Source: a virus. Taken from it: a DNA stretch of 64,000 bases. This document shows, in pieces, positions 11,076 through 20,782 of the stretch. The translations under genes were made by a program, and so were the position numbers. Every line of letters begins with the position of its first letter. The first letter of the stretch is position 1. Below the pieces are notes generated by a model. The model was not told the origin of the DNA. It saw only the letters and a list, made by a program, of their open reading frames with translations, and did not search any database. The DNA lies in the IMG/VR virus record IMGVR_UViG_3300043446_002337, positions 19,769 through 83,768 of that record. One strand, written 5' to 3'.

Positions 11076-11675
11076 ATGCCAGCAAATCGTTTTATACCTT
11101 TATACAATAGTCAATACGGAGCAGTACCGACCGCAAGTGCCATGTATGATGGTGAACTTGCGGTTAATATTGCCGATGGTAAGCTATATACCAAGAGTGG
11201 GTCTGCGATTGTTGCATTAAATGACACCACCAATTTTGTATCCAGTAGTGCACAAGTAGTCGGACTGTTGGTAGATACCACAATTGAACCCGCAATCGTC
11301 AAATCTAATGAATTTAGATTAGATGCTGGAACGGTTCATATGACCGTTACGGGGTCCACCAATACGGGAATATTTGGGGCAACGGAAGATGTAAAACCCT
11401 ATATTTCTACTACAGATTATTCAGGAACGACAATTGAATATATCGCTCAACGTCCTGGTGCGACCCGTATTGGAATGGTAATGGCAACATGGTCTGGAAG
11501 TAGTGTAGTATTTACGGATGTCTCCACCGCCGATATTGGGGACACAAAAGACATATCTTTCGGGTTTATTCAATCGGGGAGTTATTTCAAGTTACGAGTA
11601 AACAGTAATGGGTCAGGAAGTGGAGCCTGGACTGTACAAAGTCTATTTAAATTGTTTCCGAATTTGAATTCTTGA
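11076..11675 (+). CDS. Fibre adaptor/connector protein
   Basis: N-terminal VPTASAMYDGELAVNIADGKLY motif typical of tail-fibre N-termini; C-terminal domain homologous to the C-terminus of 11726..14167. Confidence 0.7.
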   Translation: MPANRFIPLYNSQYGAVPTASAMYDGELAVNIADGKLYTKSGSAIVALNDTTNFVSSSAQVVGLLVDTTIEPAIVKSNEFRLDAGTVHMTVTGSTNTGIFGATEDVKPYISTTDYSGTTIEYIAQRPGATRIGMVMATWSGSSVVFTDVSTADIGDTKDISFGFIQSGSYFKLRVNSNGSGSGAWTVQSLFKLFPNLNS

Positions 11676-11687
11676 TAAAGTATTTAA

Positions 11688-11694
11688 TATTTAT
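11688..11694 (+). promoter_or_regulatory. Putative late promoter TATTTAT
   Basis: Recurrent motif, 31 nt upstream of ATG 11726. Confidence 0.6.
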
Positions 11695-11725
11695 ATACAC
11701 TTAATAACCCCGTTGGGAGAACCGT

Positions 11726-14167
11726 ATGGCGAATGAATTTATTGCACGTAAGGGGCTGATAGTCCTCAATAACGGTGCAAAAGTCACTGGGTCTTTGTTG
11801 GTCCAAGGTGATGTAGAAGCAGTAGGATATAATGTAACCGCATCAAACCTGCAATTACTTGGTAGTGCAAGTATAGCGGGTGATTTGACATTAGGTGGAA
11901 ACCTAACTGTTGGTAATGCAGACATTGATGTTGTCAAGTTTCTGGCGGAAGTTAGTTCGTCCATTCTTCCTGATGTTAATAACTCGTTTGACCTAGGTTC
12001 TCCTACAAAGAACTGGCGTGATTTACACGTAAGTGGAACTGCACATCTTAACAATATTGAAGCAACAAGCGCAACGGGTTCATTCACTGGTTCATTTACT
12101 GGTAATGTCACCGCTACATCATTCGCATTCGATATTGATACTTTTGGAAGCGACCTAACGGGTATTACTGTATCAGGAACAGATAAGTTACTCTTGTCTG
12201 ATTCCGGTACAGACGGACGTATTAACGTCAGTCAATTATCCACACCACTCGCCGGAACTGGTCTTGAAGCAAATGCTGGTACTATTCGTATCGCAGCAGA
12301 TGCAGCTGGTGCTGGTTTAACCGGTGGTGCTGGTTCCGCTCTCGCAGTAGGAGCAGGAAGTGGTATTACCGTAAACGCTGATGATGTAGCACTTAACACG
12401 GGTTCGGCACACTTTATCAGTGGTTCTAGAAATGTTATAACATTTACTGATACTACTGGTGCTAGTGGTATTGATTTCACATATGTCGCAGGAACAGCTT
12501 CCGCAGTACTACAAAATAGTGCAGTTACCGTTACCGCAGGTAGTGGTTTAAGTGGTGGTGGTTCTGTATCACTCGGTGGCACCACCACAGTTACACTTGA
12601 TACCTCATCAGCACACTTTACTGGTGGTGTTAAGAGTAAGTTAAATACAGATGGTGTGGTCAGTAGTTCTGTACAAATTGACCATAATTCTACAACAAAT
12701 TATGTAGCAAACCAACACATTGACCACAGCACAGTATCAATATCTGCAGGAAGTGGTTTAAGTGGTGGTGGTGATATTACCGCAACCCGTACCTTAACAC
12801 TAGATACATCATCTGCACACTTTACTGGCGGTGTTAAGTCCAAGTTAAACCTAGAAGGTGTGGTCAGTAGTTCATCACAAATTGATGTTCGTAACACCAC
12901 TGGTATCGCAACAATTGCAACCACTGGTTCAAATACCTTTACAGGTATTCAAACTATTAGTAATACCACTAATAGCACTAACTATGCAGATGGTGCATTA
13001 ATTGTACAAGGTGGTGTTGGAATTGCTAAGGATGTAAACATTTCTGGTAGTTTGAATGTTACTGGATTACTCAGTGCAGTCAGTATGTCTACTCAATATG
13101 TTACATCTTCACAATATGTTGTTGGTGTAAGTCGTGTAGTAGTTAATGACGACGATAATGTACGATTTGCGGGACTTTCAGTTATTGACTCGGGTTCTAG
13201 CTATGGAACAGGGTCACTCCTTTGGGACAGTTTCAACAATCGTTGGATATATCAAGCAGATGACCAAGCATACAATTCCGCAGTTATCATTGCTGGTCCA
13301 CAAAACACTGGTTCGCTTGGCGATGAAGTTGGATTAATCACCGGTCGTATTCCTGTAGCAGTTGGTGATGACCATATCGATACACGACCCGCAGTTTCAC
13401 CTCTTCGTGTTGCAGGAACCACTTTACACGCAGAAGGTAATGTATACGTCACAGGTTCAGTAACCGCATCTGCATTCTCTGGTGATGGTAGTAACCTTAC
13501 TGGTATCGTCACCAACCTTAACATCAGTGGTTCAGATGGCGGTACTGGAACAGTTTCACTTAAGACACAAGCATTAACTGTTGATGGTACTAACGGTCTT
13601 ACCGCAACAGTCAGTGGTCAAACTATCACGATTAGTGGTAGTGATGCAACAACTACTACGAAGGGTGTTGCATCATTCACTGGTTCAAACTTCACTGTTA
13701 CTGGTGGTGAAGTAAGTGCGAAGGCAATCACATTCAATAGTGTCCCACTCAATCTTGGTTCTTCATACTCATTCGGTCTTGCTAACATCACTTCACAGGG
13801 TGCAACCACTGCAGACCAACTTGTACTCAATGGTGGAGCAGTTATCCACGGTGTCCTCTACAGTTCAGGTAGTAACACCGATGTAGACACTGGTACTGAA
13901 GTAGTTGCATCGGTATCAACTGGTAGTTATGACGCAGCATTCTTCGATTATGTCGTGAAGAAGGGTTCAAACTATCGTGCAGGTACCGTGATGGCAGTAT
14001 GGGAAGCAGGTACCACCAACGTAGAATACACAGATACATCAACAAACGATTTAGGAAATACCGCAGATATCGTGTTTACTGTTGATATCTTGACCGCAAC
14101 TGCACGACTAAAGGCAATCGCAGCAACCAACGATTGGTACATTAAGACCGCAATTCGCGCATTATAA
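11726..14167 (+). CDS. Fibre protein 2
   Basis: 813 aa Gly/Ser/Thr-rich; AGSGLSGGG repeats, GALIVQGGVGIAKDVNI and DLGSPTKNWRDLHV fibre motifs; MANEFIARKGL N-terminus. Confidence 0.8.
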   Translation: MANEFIARKGLIVLNNGAKVTGSLLVQGDVEAVGYNVTASNLQLLGSASIAGDLTLGGNLTVGNADIDVVKFLAEVSSSILPDVNNSFDLGSPTKNWRDLHVSGTAHLNNIEATSATGSFTGSFTGNVTATSFAFDIDTFGSDLTGITVSGTDKLLLSDSGTDGRINVSQLSTPLAGTGLEANAGTIRIAADAAGAGLTGGAGSALAVGAGSGITVNADDVALNTGSAHFISGSRNVITFTDTTGASGIDFTYVAGTASAVLQNSAVTVTAGSGLSGGGSVSLGGTTTVTLDTSSAHFTGGVKSKLNTDGVVSSSVQIDHNSTTNYVANQHIDHSTVSISAGSGLSGGGDITATRTLTLDTSSAHFTGGVKSKLNLEGVVSSSSQIDVRNTTGIATIATTGSNTFTGIQTISNTTNSTNYADGALIVQGGVGIAKDVNISGSLNVTGLLSAVSMSTQYVTSSQYVVGVSRVVVNDDDNVRFAGLSVIDSGSSYGTGSLLWDSFNNRWIYQADDQAYNSAVIIAGPQNTGSLGDEVGLITGRIPVAVGDDHIDTRPAVSPLRVAGTTLHAEGNVYVTGSVTASAFSGDGSNLTGIVTNLNISGSDGGTGTVSLKTQALTVDGTNGLTATVSGQTITISGSDATTTTKGVASFTGSNFTVTGGEVSAKAITFNSVPLNLGSSYSFGLANITSQGATTADQLVLNGGAVIHGVLYSSGSNTDVDTGTEVVASVSTGSYDAAFFDYVVKKGSNYRAGTVMAVWEAGTTNVEYTDTSTNDLGNTADIVFTVDILTATARLKAIAATNDWYIKTAIRAL
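12536..12885 (+). repeat. Internal duplication of about 48 codons in fibre 2
   Basis: AGSGLSGGG...TLDTSSAHFTGGVKSKLN..GVVSSS.QID at about 12536-12682 and 12746-12885. Confidence 0.85.
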
Positions 14168-14231
14168 GTTTAAATAAAAGGTTATTACACAATAGAAACT
14201 ACTCACCTTTGGATAATGAAGAAGGGGAATT

Positions 14232-17200
14232 ATGGCAAATGAATTTATAGCCAGAAAGGGACTGATAGTCCCTACTGGTAGTATTAATGTTATATCTGGG
14301 GCGGTTACCGCATCTTATTTTAAAGGTGATGGTAGTCAATTAATCAATCTTCCGGCGACTAGTACTTCGTCGGTTACCATTACCTCAAATACATTTACGG
14401 GTAATGGAACACAAACCCAGTTTGACTTAGGTACATCATATTACATAGATTCCCTTTTTATTAGTGTTGATGGTTTATTTTACGCACCATTAACAGACTA
14501 TACGATTTCTGGTTCAATAGTCACCTTTATATCCGCACCACCAACAGAATCAATTATTAATGTACGTTCACTCATCAATACTGTTGATGGTGGTGTTGGT
14601 ACATTTAGTGGTTCATTTATTGGTACAATTTCATCTGCGTCATATTCTGTAACATCCAGTTATGCCGAAATAGCAAACTTTGCATTAACCCCATCTGGTA
14701 CCTCAGGAACATCTGGTACCAGTGGGGTTTCCGGTACATCTGGAAGTTCGGGTACAACAGGTAGTAGTGGTACTACGGGAACTTCAGGTAGTTCTGGTTC
14801 AACCGGTACATCTGGTGAATCTGGTACGAGTGGGTCATCCGGAACATCAGGTTCGAGTGGTACTTCAGGCTCATCAGGTACAAGTGGTTCTTCTGGGACT
14901 GGTGGAAGTTCAGGTACATCAGGAACATCTGGCTCGTCTGGTGAATCGGGAACCTCAGGTAGCTCAGGCACATCAGGCACTTCTGGTTCTTCTGGAACGA
15001 GCGGTAGTTCGGGTACATCAGGTTCATCAGGAACAAGTGGTAGTTCTGGAACCGCGGGGTCAAGTGGTACATCAGGTACATTAGCTCTCACAGGGTCTAC
15101 CGATAATGGATTAATTACATTAAATGGAAGCGCACCCAATGCTACCGTCGAAAGTAACTTAACGTTTGATGGTAGTTCGTTGGTTGTTATTGGCGATGTT
15201 ACAGCAAGTAATATCCGTGTAGATGGTACCGCATCCATCCGAAGACTTGAAACACAATTTGTCACTTCATCAATAATTTATGAAAGTGGTTCCACGAAAT
15301 TTGGTGATAGTCTAGACGACACACATCAATTTACGGGTTCATTAGATATCACAGGGTCACTCATCATAAATGGGACATCATATACTGCCGCAACGTCAGG
15401 AACAGCCGGTACTTCTGGGTCAAGTGGAACTGCTGGTTCATCAGGAACAAGTGGTAGTTCTGGAACCGCGGGAAGTTCTGGCACATCAGGTAGTTCTGGT
15501 ACATCTGGTTCGTCTGGTAGTTCCGGAACAACAGGTACGAGTGGTTCATCTGGTGTAGATGGTACCTCTGGTAGTTCTGGAACTAGTGGCACATCGGGTA
15601 GTTCAGGTTCTACAGGTACGTCCGGTTCGTCTGGTAGTACGGGTTCGTCTGGAACTTCTGGAAGTTCTGGAACATCAGGTTCTTCTGGGTCCACAGGAAC
15701 CTCTGGTTCCTCTGGTTCTACCGGAACTTCAGGTAGTTCTGGAAGTACCGGAACAAGCGGTAGTTCTGGATCTTCGGGAACATCAGGTTCAACAGGAACG
15801 AGTGGTAGTTCTGGAAGTACCGGAACCAGTGGAAGTAGTGGAACTTCAGGTAGTTCTGGAAGTACTGGTACATCGGGTAGTTCTGGTACCAGTGGTTCCT
15901 CAGGAACATCTGGTTCATCTGGTACCGCAGGAAGTTCGGGAACTAGTGGTACAGGATTTACTACTATCTCTGGAGCGGTAAATAATAGAATATTAACCTC
16001 AGACGGTTCAGCTAATGCCGCTGTTGCAGAACCAAATCTAACATTTGATGGAAGTTCACTAGTAGTTGTTGGAGCAGTTACCGCAAGTAGTTTACGAGTT
16101 GACGGTACTGCATCTATCCGAAGACTTGAAACACAGTTTGTCACTTCATCTATTATTTTTGAAAGTGGGTCAACCAAATTTGGTGATAGTTTAGACGACA
16201 CCCATCAGTTCACAGGGTCAGTAGGAATTACAGGCTCAACATTAACGGTAACTGGAGTAATCACCACATCTGGTAATATTACCGCAGGAGGCAACCTTAT
16301 ATCCAATAACTCCGCGGGTGATGAAGGTGGAGAAATTCTATTAGCAAAACCACAAACTAATAATACATTAACTGGTAGTGGCGTAACGATTGACCTTTAT
16401 CAAAACAGAGTAAGAATATTTGAACAAGGCGGGGCTGCCCGTGGTGGATATTGGGATATTAGCACATTGGCTGCCGGTGTTGGAACAAACTTCTTAACTG
16501 CCGGCTCATCGGGTACCTCCGGTTCTTCCGGAACTAGTGGAAGTTCTGGTTCTTCAGGAACCTCTGGCTCCTCTGGTTCAACAGGAACAAGTGGAAGTTC
16601 CGGTTCCACAGGAACATCAGGTTCAGCAGGTACTTCAGGAACATCAGGTTCAAGTGGTACCGCAGGAACCTCTGGTAGTTCTGGTTCAACTGGTACTTCG
16701 GGTTCAAGTGGAACTACGGGAACGTCTGGTTCCTCTGGTTCAACAGGAACCAGTGGAAGTAGTGGAACTTCAGGTAGTTCTGGTACAACTGGAAGCTCGG
16801 GTTCAACAGGAACCAGTGGTAGTTCTGGTACAACTGGAACTTCAGGTTCATCTGGTACAACTGGTAGTAGTGGAACCTCTGGTAGTTCCGGTTCTACAGG
16901 TACGTCAGGTTCCTCTGGAACTTCAGGATCATCAGGTACAACGGGAAGTTCTGGTACAGCTGGTTCGTCGGGAACTTCTGGTACGTTAGCACTCACTGGA
17001 TCAACTGATAACGGTTTAATTACATTAAATGGTACTGCTCCTAGTGCAACAGTAGAAAGTAATCTTACATTCAATGGGTCATTGTTAAATGTTATTGGTT
17101 CAGTATCTGCATCAACAGGATTTACTGGTTCATTGTTTGGAACAAGTAGTTGGGCAACACAAGCGGCAACTGCATCATACATTTCTGGTGGATTATCAAT

Positions 17201-18635
17201 TCCAGAAGGACTTGATGTTACTGGGTCATTAAAAGTAACTGGGTCACAAATTCTTACTGGTTCATTAAGTGTACTAGGTAATGTTACTGCAAGTAATTTA
17301 AGAATTAACGGTACTGCATCTATTCTACGACTTGAAACACAATTCGTCACCTCATCAATTATTTATGAAAGTGGGTCTACGAAATTTGGTGATAGTTTTG
17401 ATGACGTGCATCAACGTACAGGCTCACTTCAAATTACGGGTTCACTAGTAATCAACGGTACTTCATACACTGCCGCAACTTCAGGAACGTCAGGTACATC
17501 TGGTTCGTCGGGTAGTAGTGGAACAAGTGGTAGTTCGGGAACATCTGGTAGTTCTGGCACAGCAGGAAGTAGTGGTTCTACTGGAACATCTGGTTCATCA
17601 GGAACTAGTGGTACGTCAGGAACCTCAGGTAGTTCAGGTTCAACAGGTACGTCAGGTTCATCAGGAACATCTGGTTCAAGCGGAACATCTGGAACTAGTG
17701 GTAGTTCTGGAAGTTCGGGTACAACTGGAAGTTCTGGTACATCTGGTAGTAGTGGAACCAGTGGGTCATCGGGGTCAACTGGTACCTCAGGTAGTTCTGG
17801 TTCAACTGGCACAAGTGGCAGTGCCGGTACAGCAGGTAGTTCAGGTACTTCAGGTACTCTTACACTTACTGGAACAAGAGATAATGGTGTAATTACTTTA
17901 AATGGTAGTGCACCAAACGCGTCTGTTGAAAATAATTTAACATTCGATGGTAGTTCTCTTATTGTAACTGGGTCACTAATTGTATCAAGTAGTGGAATAC
18001 AATTAACTGGTAGTCAACTCTTTGGTACCGCAAGTTGGGCAAATAATTCAATATCATCTTCATATGCGTTGACAGCATCGTATGCAGAAAATGGAGGTGG
18101 GGGTGGTGGTGCAGTAAGTATTGATACATACGAGTTTATTGGAAATGGAAGCACCGCAGCATATGTGGTATCTTCATCATACGCAGCAAATTCGTTGTTC
18201 ATCAGTGTAGACGGATTAGCATATAACACACCAGGTGATTACACAGTATCGGGTGCAACAATAACATTTACCTCAACTCCACCATCCGAATCGGTCATAT
18301 ACATAAAGGCATTATTAAATACATCACAAAATGTCACTGGTTCATTTAGTGGGTCATTCCAAGGTATTATATCATCGGCAAGTTACGCAACTACCGCATC
18401 ATATGTAAACATTAATTTAGTAGCTGATAATCATTTATTTGTCGGTGACGGGTCCACTCTTATCTATACATTATCGCAGTCATACAGTCCATCAATATTA
18501 ACGGTATCGGTTGATGGTATGGTGAATGCACTAACTGAAGATTATACGGTGACTACAAATCAATTAACCTTTATTACTGCTCCACCAACTTCGTCAAATA
18601 TATTGGTGAAGGGTATTAGATTAAGTCTAGGATAA
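14232..18635 (+). CDS. Fibre protein 3 with four Gly-Ser/Thr repeat tracts
   Basis: 1467 aa; MANEFIARKGL N-terminus; three ESGSTKFGD modules; three F.GNG...SVDG...DYT.....TF..APP domains. Confidence 0.8.
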   Translation: MANEFIARKGLIVPTGSINVISGAVTASYFKGDGSQLINLPATSTSSVTITSNTFTGNGTQTQFDLGTSYYIDSLFISVDGLFYAPLTDYTISGSIVTFISAPPTESIINVRSLINTVDGGVGTFSGSFIGTISSASYSVTSSYAEIANFALTPSGTSGTSGTSGVSGTSGSSGTTGSSGTTGTSGSSGSTGTSGESGTSGSSGTSGSSGTSGSSGTSGSSGTGGSSGTSGTSGSSGESGTSGSSGTSGTSGSSGTSGSSGTSGSSGTSGSSGTAGSSGTSGTLALTGSTDNGLITLNGSAPNATVESNLTFDGSSLVVIGDVTASNIRVDGTASIRRLETQFVTSSIIYESGSTKFGDSLDDTHQFTGSLDITGSLIINGTSYTAATSGTAGTSGSSGTAGSSGTSGSSGTAGSSGTSGSSGTSGSSGSSGTTGTSGSSGVDGTSGSSGTSGTSGSSGSTGTSGSSGSTGSSGTSGSSGTSGSSGSTGTSGSSGSTGTSGSSGSTGTSGSSGSSGTSGSTGTSGSSGSTGTSGSSGTSGSSGSTGTSGSSGTSGSSGTSGSSGTAGSSGTSGTGFTTISGAVNNRILTSDGSANAAVAEPNLTFDGSSLVVVGAVTASSLRVDGTASIRRLETQFVTSSIIFESGSTKFGDSLDDTHQFTGSVGITGSTLTVTGVITTSGNITAGGNLISNNSAGDEGGEILLAKPQTNNTLTGSGVTIDLYQNRVRIFEQGGAARGGYWDISTLAAGVGTNFLTAGSSGTSGSSGTSGSSGSSGTSGSSGSTGTSGSSGSTGTSGSAGTSGTSGSSGTAGTSGSSGSTGTSGSSGTTGTSGSSGSTGTSGSSGTSGSSGTTGSSGSTGTSGSSGTTGTSGSSGTTGSSGTSGSSGSTGTSGSSGTSGSSGTTGSSGTAGSSGTSGTLALTGSTDNGLITLNGTAPSATVESNLTFNGSLLNVIGSVSASTGFTGSLFGTSSWATQAATASYISGGLSIPEGLDVTGSLKVTGSQILTGSLSVLGNVTASNLRINGTASILRLETQFVTSSIIYESGSTKFGDSFDDVHQRTGSLQITGSLVINGTSYTAATSGTSGTSGSSGSSGTSGSSGTSGSSGTAGSSGSTGTSGSSGTSGTSGTSGSSGSTGTSGSSGTSGSSGTSGTSGSSGSSGTTGSSGTSGSSGTSGSSGSTGTSGSSGSTGTSGSAGTAGSSGTSGTLTLTGTRDNGVITLNGSAPNASVENNLTFDGSSLIVTGSLIVSSSGIQLTGSQLFGTASWANNSISSSYALTASYAENGGGGGGAVSIDTYEFIGNGSTAAYVVSSSYAANSLFISVDGLAYNTPGDYTVSGATITFTSTPPSESVIYIKALLNTSQNVTGSFSGSFQGIISSASYATTASYVNINLVADNHLFVGDGSTLIYTLSQSYSPSILTVSVDGMVNALTEDYTVTTNQLTFITAPPTSSNILVKGIRLSLG
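14697..15077 (+). repeat. Gly-X-Y (GTS/GSS) coding repeat tract
   Basis: Tract 1 of fibre 3; ends approximate. Confidence 0.9.
15398..15953 (+). repeat. Gly-X-Y (GTS/GSS/GST) coding repeat tract
   Basis: Tract 2 of fibre 3; ends approximate. Confidence 0.9.
16503..16983 (+). repeat. Gly-X-Y (GTS/GSS/GST) coding repeat tract
   Basis: Tract 3 of fibre 3; ends approximate. Confidence 0.9.
17484..17856 (+). repeat. Gly-X-Y (GTS/GSS) coding repeat tract
   Basis: Tract 4 of fibre 3; ends approximate. Confidence 0.9.
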
Positions 18636-18670
18636 TCAGTAAAAAATTGGTTTTATTAGAGGTTTCTTTA

Positions 18671-18677
18671 TATTTAT
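18671..18677 (+). promoter_or_regulatory. Putative late promoter TATTTAT
   Basis: Recurrent motif, 29 nt upstream of ATG 18707. Confidence 0.6.
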
Positions 18678-18706
18678 ATCAGATAACTCATTTTTAGAGA
18701 TTATAC

Positions 18707-20770
18707 ATGGCAACAACACGGCTTACTGGTGTACTAATTAGAAGTGGAAGTATTCCAACTACTGCATTAAGTGGTGGAGTTGTTTCCAGTTCTGCCCAAA
18801 TTACCAACCTCCTACCTACGGGAACGGTTAGTAGTTCAACACAGTTTAAAACTACATCAGACCCATTTACTGGGTCATTCTTTGGTACCGCGAGTTATGC
18901 TACTACTGCAAACTTTGCATTAACTCCAGCAGGTACATCGGGCACGGCGGGGTCATCAGGTACTAGTGGTTCTTCAGGTACAGCAGGAAGTTCTGGTACT
19001 ACAGGAACATCTGGTAGCTCTGGTACCACAGGAACCAGCGGGTCATCAGGAACATCTGGTTCCAGTGGAAGTACAGGAACATCAGGTAGTTCAGGAAGTA
19101 CAGGAACTTCTGGTAGTTCAGGTACCGTTGGTAGTTCTGGTACCAGTGGGTCATCGGGAAGTACCGGAACTTCAGGTAGTTCAGGAAGTACAGGAACTTC
19201 TGGTTCAGCAGGAACTTCTGGTAGTAGTGGTACAGGTGGTTCAGCAGGAACCGCCGGCTCAAGTGGAACGGCTGGTTCTTCTGGAACGTCTGGTACTCTC
19301 ACACTCACGGGTACTACTGATAACGGACTAATCACACTAAACGGAACCGCACCAAACGCTTCTGTTGAAAGTAATTTAACATTTGACGGTTCAACACTAA
19401 CCGTAGTAGGTAGTAGTGTAGTATCTGGGTCACAAACGATTACAGGTAATTTGACAGTATTAGGTTCATCGTCTATCAGTTATGTATCTCAAAGTACACT
19501 GAATGTTGCAAGTAACCTCATTACAGTTAACAATAATACTCCAAGTGTTCGTCTTGGTGGGTTGGCAGTAATTGATTCAGGTTCATCACCATACCGTAGT
19601 GGGTCACTACTCTTTGATTCTACGAACGACCAATGGATATTCGTCCACCAAGATGCAGGAAATGGTATAACCTCTTCTGTATTGGTAATGGGGCCACCAA
19701 CCTTTAATAATGTTGGGAATGAAACACTATTAACACAAAATAAATTAATTAAAGCTAATGGATTTGAACACGTAACCGACTCTATTATTACTGATAATGG
19801 GTCACAGATTCAAGTTCAAGGTACAGTATCCGCATCATCCTTTACTAGTTCAATATCAAATGGAGTTGGATTCTTCGGTACCGCTTCATACGCCTTGACT
19901 CCTGCGGGAACAGCGGGGTCAAGTGGTACTTCGGGTACTACTGGAAGTTCTGGTACCGCTGGGTCAAGTGGGTCAACAGGAACATCGGGTTCCTCTGGTA
20001 GTACAGGAACGTCAGGTTCCTCGGGAACCTCTGGTTCCGCAGGCACCTCAGGTAGTTCTGGCTCTACAGGTACCTCGGGTAGTTCAGGAACTACCGGTAC
20101 ATCGGGTTCGTCGGGTACCACAGGATCATCTGGTAGTACAGGAACTTCTGGTAGTTCAGGTACCACGGGTTCCTCAGGAAGTACAGGTACCTCTGGTTCA
20201 TCTGGTACAACTGGCAGTTCAGGAACCGCAGGTAGTGCAGGTACGTCTGGTGCAGGTACCATTAGTGGTGGTGCAGCGAACAGAGTAGCATACTTCTCTG
20301 GGGCAACAACTCTCACCAGTAATGCAAACTTTACTTATGACGGGACAACACTCCTTGTAACTTCTAGTCTAGGGGTTAGTTCGTCACTTGGGGTAGGTAC
20401 CGCACCATCAGGCGTTGTTGGTGAAATCCGTGCGACAAACGAAATTACAGCATACTACGCATCCGATGCTCGTCTAAAGGAAAATGTAGAAGTTATTAAA
20501 AATTCACTAGATAGAATTTGTCAGCTTCGCGGTGTTGAATTTGACTGGACAGCCGATTATATTAAGTATCGTGGTGGTGAAGATGGTTATTTCGTACGCA
20601 AACATCAATACGGAGTAATTGCGCAAGAAGTTGCAGAAGTGTTCCCAGACTTGGTAAATACAAGACCAAATGGACAACTGGTAGTGGATTATCAACACTT
20701 CAGTGCTGTCTTAATTGAGGCAATTAAGGAACTAAAAGCACAAATTGATGAATTAAAAAATAAAGGTTAG
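18707..20770 (+). CDS. Fibre protein 4 with Gly-Ser/Thr tracts and C-terminal intramolecular chaperone (peptidase S74) domain
   Basis: YYASDARLKENV...LRGVEFDW...GVIAQEV..VFP..V....VDY....LIEAIKEL is the S74 autocleaving chaperone signature. Confidence 0.88.
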   Translation: MATTRLTGVLIRSGSIPTTALSGGVVSSSAQITNLLPTGTVSSSTQFKTTSDPFTGSFFGTASYATTANFALTPAGTSGTAGSSGTSGSSGTAGSSGTTGTSGSSGTTGTSGSSGTSGSSGSTGTSGSSGSTGTSGSSGTVGSSGTSGSSGSTGTSGSSGSTGTSGSAGTSGSSGTGGSAGTAGSSGTAGSSGTSGTLTLTGTTDNGLITLNGTAPNASVESNLTFDGSTLTVVGSSVVSGSQTITGNLTVLGSSSISYVSQSTLNVASNLITVNNNTPSVRLGGLAVIDSGSSPYRSGSLLFDSTNDQWIFVHQDAGNGITSSVLVMGPPTFNNVGNETLLTQNKLIKANGFEHVTDSIITDNGSQIQVQGTVSASSFTSSISNGVGFFGTASYALTPAGTAGSSGTSGTTGSSGTAGSSGSTGTSGSSGSTGTSGSSGTSGSAGTSGSSGSTGTSGSSGTTGTSGSSGTTGSSGSTGTSGSSGTTGSSGSTGTSGSSGTTGSSGTAGSAGTSGAGTISGGAANRVAYFSGATTLTSNANFTYDGTTLLVTSSLGVSSSLGVGTAPSGVVGEIRATNEITAYYASDARLKENVEVIKNSLDRICQLRGVEFDWTADYIKYRGGEDGYFVRKHQYGVIAQEVAEVFPDLVNTRPNGQLVVDYQHFSAVLIEAIKELKAQIDELKNKG
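18932..19294 (+). repeat. Gly-X-Y coding repeat tract
   Basis: Tract 1 of fibre 4; ends approximate. Confidence 0.9.
19907..20252 (+). repeat. Gly-X-Y coding repeat tract
   Basis: Tract 2 of fibre 4; ends approximate. Confidence 0.9.
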
Positions 20771-20782
20771 TAGGTACACGCC

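Noticed and set aside
9001-20252. Repeat tracts as CRISPR arrays or non-coding tandem repeats
   Set aside because: Degenerate 9-nt periodicity conserved only at protein level; no fixed repeat-spacer structure and no cas genes
8967-20316. Long minus-strand Pro/Glu/Val-rich ORFs and alternative-frame Val/Gln/Leu-rich ORFs
   Set aside because: Shadows of the GTS/GSS codon repeats, which lack stops in those frames; no SD or independent signal
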